Assembly (NCBI RefSeq): GCF_963921235.1
Contig: NC_086097.1
Span: 88,228,001 to 88,292,000 of the forward strand
Source: Mobula hypostoma
Taxonomy: Eukaryota
Direction of reading: 5' to 3'
Length of the DNA stretch: 64,000 nt
Part shown: piece by piece, positions 37,700-51,624 of the stretch
Position numbering within the stretch: position 1 is the first letter of the stretch
Layout of the letters: each line of letters opens with the position of its first letter
Translations under genes and position numbers: made by a program
Notes under the pieces: model-generated
The model's database searches: none
What the model was told of the DNA's origin: nothing
What the model saw: only the letters and a program-made list of their open reading frames with translations

Positions 37700-39560
37700 G
37701 AATTGAAAGCTGGACAGTGAAGTAATATGAGGGTTCATGAAGGTCTTGCATTTAATGGTGTGTATGTAGACTTTGAGAAGCTGTATGATGGAAAGTGCCA
37801 CAACAAATTTGCAAGAAAAATGAGATGCATTGGATTAACGGGCAATGGCAGCTTGGATATTCACTAAAGGGCAGAAAACAAAGTAGGGGTGATGGAATAC
37901 TTTTCAGACTAGAGGTATGCACACTGCAGTATCTGCGGGCTTCTGTAGGAGGACTTGTACTCTAGTGATGAATAAAAAAAATTACCTGCACTCAGGTCAG
38001 CAGGTCATTGTTTAAGTGTCTGAAGATGAAGACCACCTGGGAAATGTAGTAGACTTTGGGGAGAGTAGCAGAATGCTTAGGAAAACATTGACTGGTCAAT
38101 AGGACAGATGCCTGGCAAATGGAGTTTAATGCATCGTCGCCTGAAGGAATCCAACTTAGTTGGAAAAAGTAGGATATTTTGAATAAAAAATATTGGCAAT
38201 TGTTAAATTGAGAAGAAGGCACTTGGTGGGTGTGGGGGGGGGGAAGAGTCCTTATTAACAGAACATGACAAAGAGATTATGCCAATCATTACTAAAGTGA
38301 TGGTTAATAAAGCCCCTGTCAATACTACAATGTAGCTAGGCTGTGAACAGGTTTTTTTTTTAAATGGCAGAAAATCAATATTTGTATAATTTTCAAAAGT
38401 TAGTGAGCAATTAATTTCTGGAAGTTGAGGAATATTGGGAAGGGAGGTGGCTTAAACTAAAACAATACCTTTTTTTGCCAATGCATTGCATACTTGCTCA
38501 TAAATGTTGTGTCTTGCAGCTCATGTTAGGAACAAACTGCTGTCCTTCCTCAGCCATGATGCTCCATTAGGGACCTGGTAATGAGTCATGCTGCACTTAT
38601 GGCCTGAAGGGGTGGGGGAGAAGCGGGTGAAGGTGTTGGTAGTCAGTGCCCTAAAATTCTAACCCCAGAACAGGCCTCACCCTTCAATTCACCCAAGCAT
38701 CTGCAAGTAGTCCATTACATTGCTTCCACACCCTGCTTGCTATTGACTATTTACAAGCATTGTCTCCTCTGCACAAGTCTGTCTTACCAATATCACTGTC
38801 ACCTGCCACACCTCACTCTTTCCCTTGCCCTCAAGCATCTGGAATAGCAAGAATTCAAATGAGAGAGCTAGTGTGTGAGGGGGTGAAAAGGTGGCATTTA
38901 ATATTGATAGCAATAGTCCAGTCAACACATTGGACACTTAACAGTATGAACTATTTCAACAAAACTTGTGTAGGGCTATAATGGCTAGCCTTCTGCAAAT
39001 GTATTATATTTACTTCTGTGGACCGCTCTTAAGGAAGGATATCAAAGCCTTGAAGAAAGTGGAAACAAAATGGAAGGCCATCAAATTGGATTTTAATAAT
39101 ATGAATAGTGGAAAAGTATTTCCTCTTGGATTAGAGGTTGTGAAGAGGGGATCTAGCAAAGAAATCCCTAATTAATGACACTTAAATAAGGAGAAGCGTT
39201 GTCTGTTGGCAGTAGGACTAGAAATCAGAAAGATCTAGATTTAATGTGTCTTTGTAGAACAAAAATGTTCTGTGAGGCATCTATACATTTGAAATTGAGA
39301 ACTGCCCTTGCTCCGAGTTTAATCAGTCATAATCAGAATTTGTTCTTGCCAAATAGATAACACAAAAGGCAAACAAATGCGGTGAGGAATTTATGATTTA
39401 GAATGAGCCATCAGAGATTGGCAGTGGTAGATTCAATAGTTTATTCAAAAAGATGTGTGTTTTATATATTTAAAAAAAAGCTGAGAGAAAAGGTGGATGA
39501 GAGTAGAACTATGTGGCATAGGTGGAACAGACTACGTGATCTGCTTCACTACTCTTATTC
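37700..39560 (+). mobile_element. Scattered very old CR1 fragments (about 37700-38200 and 38980-39560)
   Basis: gtgtatgtagacttt (VYVDF), tggcaaatggagtttaatgca (WQMEFNA), LRKDIKAL. Confidence 0.5.
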
Positions 39561-39729
39561 TGAAGTTCAATTGCATTAAAGGTTCACAGCAGTAGAGTTA
39601 AGACAAAAATCACTTTATCTTCATCTAATAATGCTGAATTTATAGTTTCTGTGAACCCGATTTAACTATTTAAGTTATCTATTATCTGTTTGATATCATT
39701 GCATGGTCAAAATCACCTCCAAGCATCTA

Positions 39730-40247
39730 AATGTAATGGCCACTTTATTAGGTATAATATCTAATCAGCCAATCATGTGCAGCAACTCAATCCATAAAAA
39801 CATGCAGACGTGGTCAGGAGGTTCAGTTGTTATTCAGGCCAAACATTAGAATGGGGAAGAAATAGGATCTAATTTACTTTAACCGAAGAATGATTGATGC
39901 CAGATGGGATGGTTTGAGTATCTCAGAGACTTCAGGTCTCCTGAGATTTTCATGCACAGCAGTCTCTGGAGTTTACAAAGAATGTTTCAAAAGACAAAAA
40001 AAAACGTAGCGAGAGGCAGTTGTGTGGATGAAATGCCTTCTTAATGAGAGCGGTTAGAGAAGAACAGCCAACTGGTTCAAGCTGACGGGATGGTGACGGT
40101 AACATAAAATAACCACAGGCTACAACAGTGGTGTGCAGAGGAGCATCTCTATATGTACAACATGTTGAACCTTGAAGTGGATGGGCTAAAGCAGTAGAAG
40201 ACCACGTCGGATTCCACTGATCTACCTAATAAAGTGGACACCGACTG
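39730..40247 (+). mobile_element. Tc1/mariner internal-deletion derivative
   Basis: TIRs tggccactttattaggta / tacctaataaagtggaca, TA at the right end; decayed transposase N-terminus from 39851 (MGKK*DL...GLSISETSGLL). Confidence 0.85.
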
Positions 40248-40439
40248 TATATTGTTGAAGTATTATCCCAGTACTCAGACAAGTATGAGTCCCCTTGGGA
40301 TCAACCATTTTACCTGCTGTCAGGTGAATGGAGAATGAGATTAGTGTTGATTGTCATAGTCATTCAATATGGAAACAAGTCCTACAACCCATTAAGCATC
40401 CACTTACACTAAACCCTACACTAATCACGTTTCATTTTC

Positions 40440-40670
40440 TCCTCTTTACTATCAGTTCCACCCAGATTCTACAGTCATGTACACTGTAGGGAAAACTAGC
40501 AGAGGCCAGTTGATCTATTGATTTGCACATCTTTGGGAAATGGAGCAAGCAAGTACATCAGGAGTAAGCAGAAGGTGATCACATGGAGATTCTGAAGACT
40601 TCATACATGTAGAATTTGAGAATCAGCATTGAACTTTGATTACTACAATTGTGTATAAAGCTGTACAAAC
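40440..40670 (-). mobile_element. Highly decayed V-SINE
   Basis: gcacatctttgggaaatggag...gatcacatggaga resembles 8270-8345. Confidence 0.45.
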
Positions 40671-40964
40671 TACCAGTTAGGGGACCTCTGTAGCATTCAC
40701 TTTTCTTGATTGGTAGCAGATAACTGAGTTAATATATAGCTTTCTAACAAATTTCAACTTCAGCTCCATAGTAGCAATCCTGCACCTGACTCTGAAGGCT
40801 GTGCTTTTGGGAAGTTCTCCAGTGATTCAGTATAGAGACTACTGGACCAAATGGAGATGGGCATAATTGACCCTGGATTTTACTCGGCCCGTGGTCCTGA
40901 CACAATTGAGCTGAACTGCTGCAAATTGGAGGAACTCTGATGAGCAAAAAATCCAAAATAATCT

Positions 40965-41075
40965 GATACCAGAAATGTGAAGTAGTAAATACAGCAAATG
41001 CTGGAAAAAGACAGCAGGTCAGACACTATCGTTGGAAAGGGAAGTGATGAACATTTTTGGTCTGAGAGCCTTTGC
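40965..41075 (-). mobile_element. Decayed Penelope-like terminal repeat
   Basis: aaatgctggaaaaagacagcaggtcagac...aacatttttggtctgagagccttt. Confidence 0.55.
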
Positions 41076-41589
41076 TGGGTCCCAGTAACTTTGCTTCGTC
41101 TTAAAGCCATGGGTATAAAAATGTTCTTTAAAATCTCTTTGATTCTTACACATATTTAAAAGCTATTAAGGCTGTTATTGTATGAAGATTGATGCATAAG
41201 TTGTATGAAATGCAACTACTTTGCCTACCTAAGTAGTGCTCTTTCCCAAAAGGCAAATATCGAGAAAGTTATGCAAGGCAAATAAATCAGTTGTTCAGAT
41301 TCTACCTATGAGCATTTTCAACCACTAAATCTCTGTATCATAACCAAGTGTTCTGTGACGGATTTTCATACCAACACATCGTTACAGCTGTGAAACTTAG
41401 GAATTTTGCATGATAATGTCAAAAGACCTTGGAACAAGACAATTAGAATTAAATAGAAAATCCATGGCACAAATATCAGTGTCCTGGCTGAAGCCAAAAC
41501 CCTCAGTTACTCACTGTGCATTTGTGCGAGGGCTGGTCACTGTGCAGATGTCAGGAGACAAAGGTTTCTTTTTCCAGATTGAAGGTCGG

Positions 41590-44560
41590 CAACCCAGTGG
41601 TGTGGAACTTCACGCTTCTGTACCCCCTGCCCAATGATGCTGCAGAAGGTGGCATGGGCAGAATGGTGGGCATCTTTGATGAGCAATGTTGCCTCCATGA
41701 GGCAGTATCATCTATTCTCTGCAGTTTCTTGCAGATTCATGCCAGACCATGAAGAAACCAATCGATGTACTTTCAGTTATAAGATCCTCTTAACCTCAAG
41801 AATTTAATGACACTGATGCACCTTGTGATTGCATCACGTGTTGAGCCCAGCAAAGGTCACTTGATGTGTTTTTGCCCAGAAGTTCAAAGCTGCTGACTCT
41901 CTCCACCACTGATTCTCCATTGTAGATGGGTACGTATTTGCCCTCCTTCCCCTTCCTGAAGTCAACAATCAACTCTTCAATTTTGCTGATGCTGAATGAA
42001 AGATTTCATCACTCAACGAGGTGTCCTCTCTTTTCCAGGTAGACTGACTCATCACCGTCTGTTATTCGTCCAGCAAAATTACTGTCATTGGTGAATTTGT
42101 AAATGGCATTGGAGCTGTGCTTAGCTACACAATCATGTGCACAGAGAATAAAGTAGGGCCTAATCACACAGCCTGGAAGTGCATCTGTGATGATAGAAAC
42201 ATAGAAAACCTACAAAGCTGTGCCGAACATGTCCTTGCCTTAGAAATTACTTAGGGTTACCCATCGCCCTCTATTTTTCTAGCCTCCATGTACCTATCCA
42301 GGAGTCTCTTAAAAGACCCTTTCATTTCTCCCTACACCATTGTCGCTGGCAGCCCATTCCACGCTCTCACCATGCTTTGCGTTTTTGAAGAAAAAGCTGA
42401 CCCCTGACATCTCCTCTGTACCTACTTCCAAGCACCTTAAAACTGTGCCCTCTCATGCTAGTCATTTCAGCCCTGGGAAAAAGCTTCTGACTATCGACAC
42501 AATCAATGCCTCTCATCATCTTGTACACCTCTATCAGGTCACCTCTCATCCTCTGTCGCTCCAAGGAGAAAAGGCTGAGTTCACTTAGCCTATTTTCATA
42601 AGGCATTTTCCCCAAACCAGGCAACATCGTTGTAAATCTCCTCTGCACCCTTTCTGTGGTTTCCACATCCTTCCTGTAGTGAGGCGACCAGAATTGAGCA
42701 CAGTACTCCAAGTGGGGTCTGACCAAGGTCCTATATAGCTGCAACATTACCTCTCAGCTCTTAAACACAATTCCGTGATTGATGAAGGCCAATGCACTGT
42801 ATGTTTTCTTAAGCACAGAGTCAACCTGCGCAGCAGCTTTGAGTGTCCTATGGACTCGGACCCAAAGATCCCTCTGATCCTCCACACTGCCAAGAGTCTT
42901 ACCATTAATACTATATTCTGCCATCATATTTAACCTACCACAATGAACCACCTCACACTTATCTGGGTTTAACTCCATCTTCCACTTCTCAGCCCAGTTT
43001 TACATCCTATCAATGTCCCACTGTAACCTCTGACAGCCCTCCACACTATCCACAACACCCTCAACCTTTGTGTCATCAGCAAATTTACTAACCACTTCAT
43101 CATCCAGGTCATTTATAAAAATCACGAAGAATAGGGGTCCCAGAACAGATCCCTGAGCCACACCACTGGTCACCGACCTCCATGCAGAATATGACCTGTC
43201 TACAACCTTGCCTTCTGTGGGCAAGCCAGTTATGAATCCACAAAGCAAAGGTTCCCTTGGATCCCATTGCCTCCTTACTTTCTCAATAAGCCTTGTAATG
43301 GGGTACCTTATCAAATACCTTGCTGAAATCCATATACACTACATCTACTGCTCTACCTTCATCAATATGGTTAGTCACATCCTCAAAAAATTCAATCAGG
43401 CTCATAAAGCACAACCTGCCTTTGACAAAGCCATGCTGACTATTCCTAATCATATTATGCCTCTCCAAATGTTCATAAATTCTGCCTCTCAGGATCTTCT
43501 CCATCAACTTACCAACCACTGAAGTAAGACTCACAGGTCTATAATTTCTTGGGCTATCTCTGCGCCCCTTCTTGAATAATGGAACAACATCTGCAACCCT
43601 CCAATCCTCTGGAACCTCTCCTGTCCCCATTGATGATGCAAAGATCATCGCCAGAGGCTCAGCAATCTCCTCCCTCGCCTCCTACAGTAGCCTTGGGTAC
43701 ATCTTGTTCGGTCCCGGTGACTTATCCAACTTGATGCTTTCCAAAAGCTCCAGCACATTCTCTTCCTCAATATCTGCATGCTCAAGCTTTCAGTCCACTG
43801 TAAGTCATCTCTACAATTGCCAAGATCCTTCTCCATAGTGAATACTGAAGCAAAGTACTCATTAAGTACTTCTGCTATCTCCTCTGGTTCCATACACACT
43901 TTTCCACTGTCGCACTTGATTGGTCCTATTCTCTCACGTCTTATCCTCTAGCTCTTTACATACTTGTAGAATGCCTTGGGGTTTTCCTTGATCCTATCCG
44001 CCAAGGTCTTCTCATGGCCCCTTCTGGCTCTCCCAATTTCAGTCTTAAGCTCCTTCCTGCTAGCCTTATAATCTTCTAGATTTCTATCATTACCTAGTTT
44101 TTTGAACCTTTTATAAGCTCTTCTTTTCTTCTTGACTAGATTTGCAACAGCCTTTGTACACCATGGTTCCTGTACCCTACCATCCTTTCCCAGTCTCATT
44201 GGAACTTACCTATGCAGAACCCCACGCAAATATCCCCTGTACGTTTGCCACATTTCTTCCGTACGTTTCCCTGAGAATGTCTGTTTCCAATTTATGCTTC
44301 CAAGTTCCTGCCTGATAGCCTCTTATTTCCCCTTACTCCAATTAAACACTTCCCTAACTTGTCTGTTGCGATCCTTCTCCAGTGCTAAGTTAAAGGAGAT
44401 AGAATTGTGATCACAATTCTCCAAATTGATGATCAAGTATTGTTACCAACATCATTGTTGGTCTGCCAATGAGGTAGTTGAGTAGACAGTTTCAGAACAG
44501 GTACAGAGGCCCAGCTTTTGAAACTTGATGAGTTTGAATTTGATGATTATGTGAACGCTA
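41590..44560 (-). mobile_element. Old Rex1/Babar fragment split by a CR1 (pieces 41590-42190 and 44420-44560)
   Basis: Antisense HDCVAKHSSNAIYKF to the left of the CR1; the preceding RT segment (KLGLCT...YLIGRP) to its right. Confidence 0.7.
42193..44415 (-). mobile_element. 5'-truncated CR1 LINE, frameshifted
   Basis: KENPKAFYKYVKS, NYRPVSLTS, FADDTKV, LVRPHLEYCAQFWSP; atagaaacatagaaa tail. Confidence 0.95.
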
Positions 44561-44659
44561 AGCAAATGAAGAATTTGTTAATTCTGAGGTCTCTTTGGAG
44601 TTGCACATAAGCCAAGTGAAAATGGCAGGAGTAATGTGCAATTTCCCACGTTACCCACT

Positions 44660-44740
44660 GACCCTCTTCTGAAGGTTATCTGTCCCAACTGTGGCAGGTT
44701 CTGTGGATCCCACCTTGGCCTTTTCAGACACAACACATCA
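44660..44740 (+). mobile_element. RTE-clade LINE 3' remnant, appears to resume at ~45872-45900
   Basis: ICPNCGRFCGSHLGLFRH resembles the RTE C-terminal C2H2-like motif; ctggagtggaag follows the Rex1 insert. Confidence 0.55.
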
Positions 44741-44741
44741 A

Positions 44742-45871
44742 GTTTCTTGACTTCTCCAGTGCGTTCAACACCATCCGCTCTGCTCTGCTGGGGGAGAAGC
44801 TGACAGCGATGCAGGTGGATGCTTCCCTGGTATCATGGATTCTTGATTACCTGATTGGCAGACTATAGTACGTGTGCTTGCAACACTGTGTGTCTGACAG
44901 AGTGATCAGCAGCACTGGGGCTCCACAGGGGACTGTCTTGTCTCCCTTTCTCTTCACCATTTACGCCTTGGACTTCAACTACTGCACAGAGTCTTGTCAT
45001 CTTCAGAAGTTTTCGGATGACTCTGCCATAGTTGGATGCATCAGCAAGGGAGATGAGGCTGAGTACAGGGCTGCGGTAGGAAACTTTGTCACATGGTGTG
45101 AGCAGAATTATCTGCAGCTTAATGTGAAAAAGACTAAGGAGCTGGTGGTAGACCTGAGGAGAGCTAAGGTACCAGTGACCCCTGTTTCCACCCAGGGGGT
45201 CAGTGTGGACATGGTGGAGGATTACAAATACCTGGGGACACGAATTGACAATAGACTGGACTGGTCAAAGAACACTGAGGCTGTCTACAAGAAGGGTCAG
45301 AACCGTCTCTATTTCCTGAGGAGACTGAGGTCCTTTAACATCTGCCGGACGATGCTGAGGATGTTCTACGAGTCTGTGGTGGCCAGTGCGATCATGTTTG
45401 CTGTTGTGTGCTGGGGCAGCAGGCTGAGGGTAGCAGACACCAACAGAATCAACAAACTCATTCGTAAGGCCAGTGATGTTGTAGGGATGGAACTGGACTC
45501 TCTCACGGTGGTGTCTGAAAAGAGGATGCTGTCTAAGTTGCATGCTATCTTGGTCAATGTCTCCCATCCACTACGTAATGTACTGGGTGGGCACAGGAGT
45601 ACATTCAGCCAGAGACTCATTCCACCGAGATGCAGCACAGAGCGTCATAGGAAGTCATTCCTGCCTGTGGCCATCAAACTTTACAACTCCTCTCTTGGAG
45701 GGTCAGACACCCTGAGCCAATAGGCTGGTCCTGGATTTATTTCATAATTTACTGGCATAATTTACATATTACTATTTAACTATTTATGGTTCTATTACTA
45801 TTTATTATTTATGGTGCATCTGTAACGAAAACTAATTTCCCCCGGGATCAATAAAGTATGACCATGACTAT
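44742..45871 (+). mobile_element. Young 5'-truncated Rex1 LINE
   Basis: Open ORF 44872-45723 GAPQGTVLSPFLF...QKFSDDSAIVGCI...YKYLG; aataaa plus (atgact)-type tail. Confidence 0.95.
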
Positions 45872-46177
45872 AACCCTGGAAGCTGGAGTGGAAGGAGGTC
45901 TATAAAGGAAGATGATTGGGAAATATGTAACTGGTTTGCAGTTCAATAAACATTTGGTACTTACTTGCACTAATATTACCCAAGAATCTATGTCCTCTTT
46001 TGATTGAAGGATATGATGGTGGTCAGTGCTTGTTATCCCCATTTTTTTAAAAAAGCAGCCCGTTCTCCGTTGAAATACAAACTGCTATCTTTATGTAATA
46101 CAATAGTATACTTGTAACTTGGCTCTCTTGGACTGATCAGTACATACTGGATCAAGCCTGCTTTTAAGGATTCTGCC

Positions 46178-47624
46178 ACAACACTTTTCTGAGAGATTTA
46201 AATCTAAAATTTTTTCCAAAGTGTCCATTGGATATGGGTGTGGAAAAGTAGGAGAAACAGTAATTAAAAAGTTTCTATCTGTAGATATCTAAAAACAGTG
46301 AGATCTGGGTAAGTTATATTTATTAGAAAGTTGATCAAAAGACATGAAACAATTATCCAGAAATAAATCACGAAAACGTATTATGCCTTTGCTTTTCCAA
46401 TCAAAGTAAGCTTGATCCATAGTGGAAGATTGAAAAAGGAAATTAGATATAATAGGACTTGCTAAAATAAATTGATTAAATCCAAAAAATCTTCGAAATT
46501 GAAACCATATACGTAAAGTATGCTTAACTATTGGATTATTCATTTGTTTATACAATTTGGAAGAAGTAAAAGGAAGTGAAGTTCCTAAAACCGAACCTAA
46601 GGAAAACCTTCTAATTATGAATTTATGTCCTGATGTTTCCAATAAAATTAAAGCTGACTGGGAAAGTGAACTTAACATTATTATACCGATTGAAAAATGG
46701 GAAAAAATTCTTCAGTTGGTTAATTTATCCTCTATATACGCTAAACATGTGTTGATACAGTTTAAGGCAGTGCACAGGGCTCGCATGTCCAAAGATAAAC
46801 TATCTCGTTATTATTCTTATATCAATCCAATATGTGATAGATGTCATTCCGAGATAGCTTCTTTAACTCACATGTTTTGGTCATGTCCTTTGTTGGAAAA
46901 ATATTGGAAAGACATTTTTGACATTATTTCAACGGTTTTGAATATAGACTTACAACCTCATCCAATTACTGCTATCTTTGGATTACCAATGATAGATCCA
47001 AATTATCTAACCTCTTCAGCACGTAGGATGATTGCATTTCTTGCTCTAATGGCTAGAAGATCAATTCTGCTGAATTGGAAAGAGATTAACCCTCCTACGG
47101 TATTTCATTGGTTTTCACAAACTATGGTGTGTTTGAATTTGGAAAAAATTAGAAGTGCGGTTTATGACCCTTCCATTAGATTTGAAAAAACTTGGAGGCC
47201 ATTCATTCAGCATTTTCATTTGATGTAATTTGACCATTTCCAAACTTGTTTTATTTCTCTGTACTGTTGGTTGAGAGGAATGGAGTTGTCGACACTAAGG
47301 TTTTCTTCTTTCCCATTTTCAAGTTGTTAGTATTGCCCAAGTCTTTTAGTGTAGTTGACTAATTCTGTTTAGTTTAGTTTCTTTTTGGGATGGGGTTTGT
47401 TTTTTTTCTCTTTTTTCTTTTTTTTCTTTTTCATGATTTTTCTTCAGTTTTGTTTTGCTTTGTATTATTCATTATTATTCTACACGATAGGGAGCTTCGT
47501 CAATTTTTACTATTTGGTTTTACAATTACTCATTTTAAATGTAACGATGTATCTCCTACTACTTGTATTTTTGCTTTGTTATGTTTTCATTCTATGAAAT
47601 TAATAAAAAGATTGAAAAAGAAGA
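46178..47624 (+). mobile_element. L1-clade LINE 3' insertion with a 5' inversion (46178-~46610 inverted)
   Basis: Sense part has CDRCHSEIASLTHMFWSC, T-rich UTR, aataaa and an A-rich tail; antisense part encodes the preceding ORF2 segment; 12-bp TSD aaggattctgcc at 46166-46177 and 47625-47636. Confidence 0.92.
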
Positions 47625-48744
47625 AAGGATTCTGCCTATCCCAGCCAGATAATGGTGCAGACAATATCAGCCCATGTGGAAGAATTTGTATAAGAATTGT
47701 TTTAATTTTTTGTTATTTAAAACGAGCATCACACCTTCTCTTAAAGAAGCATGCTCATACTTGGAATTCACTATCCTCTTCAACAATGGGATATGACTAA
47801 GAATAAATGGAAGCTTTGTCTCAGAATACCTGTGGCATTTACTGTCATCGGAGCATAAACCTGATATTGACTCTGGACTTTAGCAGTGCAATAACATTCA
47901 TTCATCTGAAGTATATAACTTCATGGTTGTCCAGTGAAAGAGATTGACAACAGTCTTATTTTCTTTCATTTCTTGGTGGCTGGGTTTATGTAAAGCTTGG
48001 AATGATATAAATGGAGGGAGAATTTCACTATCTGTTAAGTTTATCATTGGTATGGATCACAGCTGTGTTCCAACTGGAAAATGGTCCAGAACAACAACAT
48101 CCACTGTTAGAAGTAAATTGCTCACCAGACTGGAGAGTCAAGAAACATTGCAATTGTTGGAATTTTCTGTGACAAGCAATATTCAATTATCTTTGAAATT
48201 CAATTATCTGTGATTGTCTATTTTTTTAATTGATAAAGGATACCAAGAAAGAGGCATCAAATGCAGGAAAATTGGTCTCAATCTTTATCCAACTGAGTGG
48301 TATAAAGCCACTTGTGTTTCTATGAGAGTAATTTTTATTTTGGAAATGTGACAATACCTATGGTGATTGGGAAAGGTACTGATCCAGGAATGAGTCTTCA
48401 TGGAATGTACAGCAAAGGCTAGGCATCCTTTGGAGACTGAGCACAAGCTAATTGTGCCACAGCATACTGGAGTTAATCCTGGCAGATTGGAAAAAGTTTG
48501 TATTTCAGTTCACTGCAAGACTTTCATTGAAGATACTAAAATTTAAAAAATACAAGAAACTTAAATGATTCAGATTTATTTTTAACAAAGGATTAATAGC
48601 TCCACTGCCTTGTATGTAAATAGATGGAATGAGCAAACATGTAACCAAACAGATTTTAACAACTCCCTTTGGGTGAATTTATACTTTAGATTAAATGTAA
48701 GCAGATCACTTGAAATCGCAGAGAAACTTAGAAATTCTTGGAAT

Positions 48745-49735
48745 TCAGTCTTTGCCCATCTGAACTGACTGGCATCTGCAAGTGAGGAAATTAGTGATGT
48801 TTTTGCACATGGAGGTATCCAAGCCAACACCTTGAAGCTTATGGATTAGTTGGATTTGTTTTGAAGGGATGATAATTTTGAATGCCAAGCTGTAGTAAAT
48901 GAAGAACATCCTGATATAAGCACCTTCACTGTCTAGATGTTTCAGGGTTGAGTGAAAAGCCAATGAAAAAGCACCTGCTTTGGAACTGTTGTGACAGTAG
49001 ACAAATTAGAGCAAATCCAAGTTGCTTCTCAGGCAGGAGTTGATGTGCTTCATCACCAATCTCTCAAAGCACTTGATCACAGTGGATGTAATTGCTACTG
49101 GAGATAGAATTGAAGCTGGTTACACGTTCTTGGGCACCAGTATAAATGAAGACTGCTTGATGTAGATGGATATCTCAGTCTGCCGAAGTGAGAGGCTGAA
49201 ATGTCAGTAAACTCTCTAGTCAGTTGACCAGCATGGGTCTTTAGTACTTGACCAGATAACCTATGTCTTCAATCTCCTGAAGGACGCTCTTGTATTGGCC
49301 TCAGAGACTGAAATCACAGGGTCATCAGGGACTGTGTGAGTTTGTGAAGGTTCTTCCATGTTTTGATGGTCAAAGCAAGCATAAAAGGCATTGAACTCAT
49401 CAAGGAGTAAGGCCTTGTCACCTAGGTCATTCAGTTTCACTTTGTAAGAGGTAACAGTATTCAAACCCTGCCACAGCTTTCAAGTGTCCCTCAGTATTTT
49501 AAGGTTGGTTCAGAATTGCCACTTTGATCGTGAGATGAATTTCTGGAGATCATATCCTACATAGACCTCTTGTATCCTACGTGGTCGCCAGACCTGAATG
49601 CCACTGCTGTGGCCTTCCGCAGATTGAAGATCTCATGGTCCATCTAGGGCATCTGGTTAGGGAAGACTCTAAATGCTTTTGTGGGGGGGCAACTTGTCTC
49701 TGGCTGTTTTTATAAAGTCCATGACAACCCATTAT
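48745..49735 (-). mobile_element. Rex1/Babar internal fragment
   Basis: HSTLKHLDSEGAYIRMFFIYYSLAFKIIIPSK; LLDEFNAFYACFD. Confidence 0.85.
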
Positions 49736-51194
49736 CAATGCTTAGCTGCCTCACTCTTGGAGATCACTTGATTTATTACTCCAGGCATACATATTTTTGA
49801 TTTAACAGAAAATCAGTTAGTTGTAGCTGCAGGAACAGCTTTAACTAGTATTCAGTTTGCTGATATCTTCTGGAGTAAAAGACAGAATAATTAAGTTGCT
49901 GGGCTAATACACAGATGCCTAGATTAATGTATGTTATGATCACAAACTGAAGAACATTGACAGAAACCTTTGTCCAACAAATCTCCACAAATGGATTTGC
50001 AACTTGTCACATGTAACTGTTGGCCAATGTACTGGGCCATTTTGTTAGAATTCTAGCTCTACATGTTAACAAATGAAACAATATCCGTAGATCTGATGCC
50101 ATCGTAACACCAGTTTGGATGTGCCACACTTTGAGCGGCTACCATGTGACTGATGATTAACCGGTTAATGATCAGGTTTCAAGTCTGGAATTAAGTAATG
50201 GTCATTGTAATGGAAAGCCAGAAACCATGGCAATGTACATACCTTTACCTTCAACAGTGTGAGTAGAAAACTTGGGGGGGTGGGGGTGGTTGTGGTTTCA
50301 TTATGACCATATCAGTCTGCATCAGAATTTATTTGCTTATAATTGTGTATCTTAAATATCTGTGCTATATAATATTCCCTTCCTGTGGGCCTGAAGGGAA
50401 TAATAGATGATTGGATAGATTTCTAGAGATACTGACCCTCTCAGACTATGTCGAGGGGTTCATGCATGAGCCTGATCCAGTTTTCTGCTGCCTGATAAGT
50501 CCATTAGTCTTTACGTTAATGAATGTGAAAATGGAGCTGCAATCTGTTGCTCTGCATCCTCATTTTTACTGCTCCCTCTTATTGTTTTTGGTCTTTTTCC
50601 AAAACAGTAAATTACTGTTTGAAAATATTTACTGTAAAGTCTAGAGATTCTACATTTGCAAAATGTGGGTATCAAATGACACAGTAATAACCAGGAGTGG
50701 CATCAGCTTACAGTACATAATAAAACCCAAATGAAGCTTTGCTTTGATGAAATCCAAGAAAATTGCTTCACTAAGTGTTCTGAAGTTAATTGGCAATCTT
50801 GGATCACTGAGGCAGATCATTCAATGTCTGCATTTGGTAAACACAGAAAGCCTTTGTTTTGTGAAGACATCTCCTTATGAAAGTCAGCACATAAATCCAC
50901 TTAAATCAAAAGCAAGAATCTTGTGGAAAAAGCAAGTAGGTTTATCTTATGCTGCTGATGATTCTTGCCACTTATGCTATGTTTTGAGCTCATCAGATTG
51001 GCTGTTTGTTAGTAATTTTCCTTGGTCATGTTCTGAACAGGGTTTTTTGTTCTGCGAATTATTATTGATCACCTGCCAATTACAGTGGCAAAGTATGATA
51101 TCTGCAGATTGTAATGGACTGCACTTCTACTGACGTACCGCAGAAATTTTTGGACACCCAGTTCCATGTTGAAAAATCTGGTCTGAATCCAGAG

Positions 51195-51620
51195 CAATAC
51201 AAAATGCTGAAAGAACTCAGCAGGTCAGACAGCATATATAAAAATAAATAAACAGTTGATGTTTCGGGCCAAGACCCTTCAGGACTGGAAAGGAAGGTGG
51301 AAGATGCCAGAATGAAAAGGTGGGAGAAGCAGAAGGAAGACTATCTAGAAGGTGATAAGTGAAGCCAGGTGGGTGGGAAAGGTAATGGGCTGGAGAAGAC
51401 AGTCTGATAGGAGAGGAGAATGGACCGTGGGAGAAAGGGAAGAAGGAGGGGCACTAGTGGGAGGTGCTAGGCAGGTGAAAAGAGGTTAGAGTGGAGAATA
51501 GAAGAGGGGAAGGGAAAGGTGAAAAAAAATTACAGGAGGAGAGATCGATGTTCATGCCATCAGGTTAGGAGCTACCTAGAAAGAATGAGGTGGCCTTCTC
51601 ACCCTGTGAGTGGCTGCCTC
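51195..51620 (-). mobile_element. Penelope-like 3' fragment with a degenerate hammerhead
   Basis: Antisense PDGMNIDL; minus strand ccagtcctgaagggtcttggcccgaaacatcaactg, with the core lacking 3 nt. Confidence 0.8.
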
Positions 51621-51624
51621 ACAA

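Noticed and set aside
44401..44420. Perfect 20-bp palindrome agaattgtgatcacaattct at a CR1 5' junction
   Set aside because: Appears largely explained by CR1 sequence with a few substitutions; weak evidence for a mechanism
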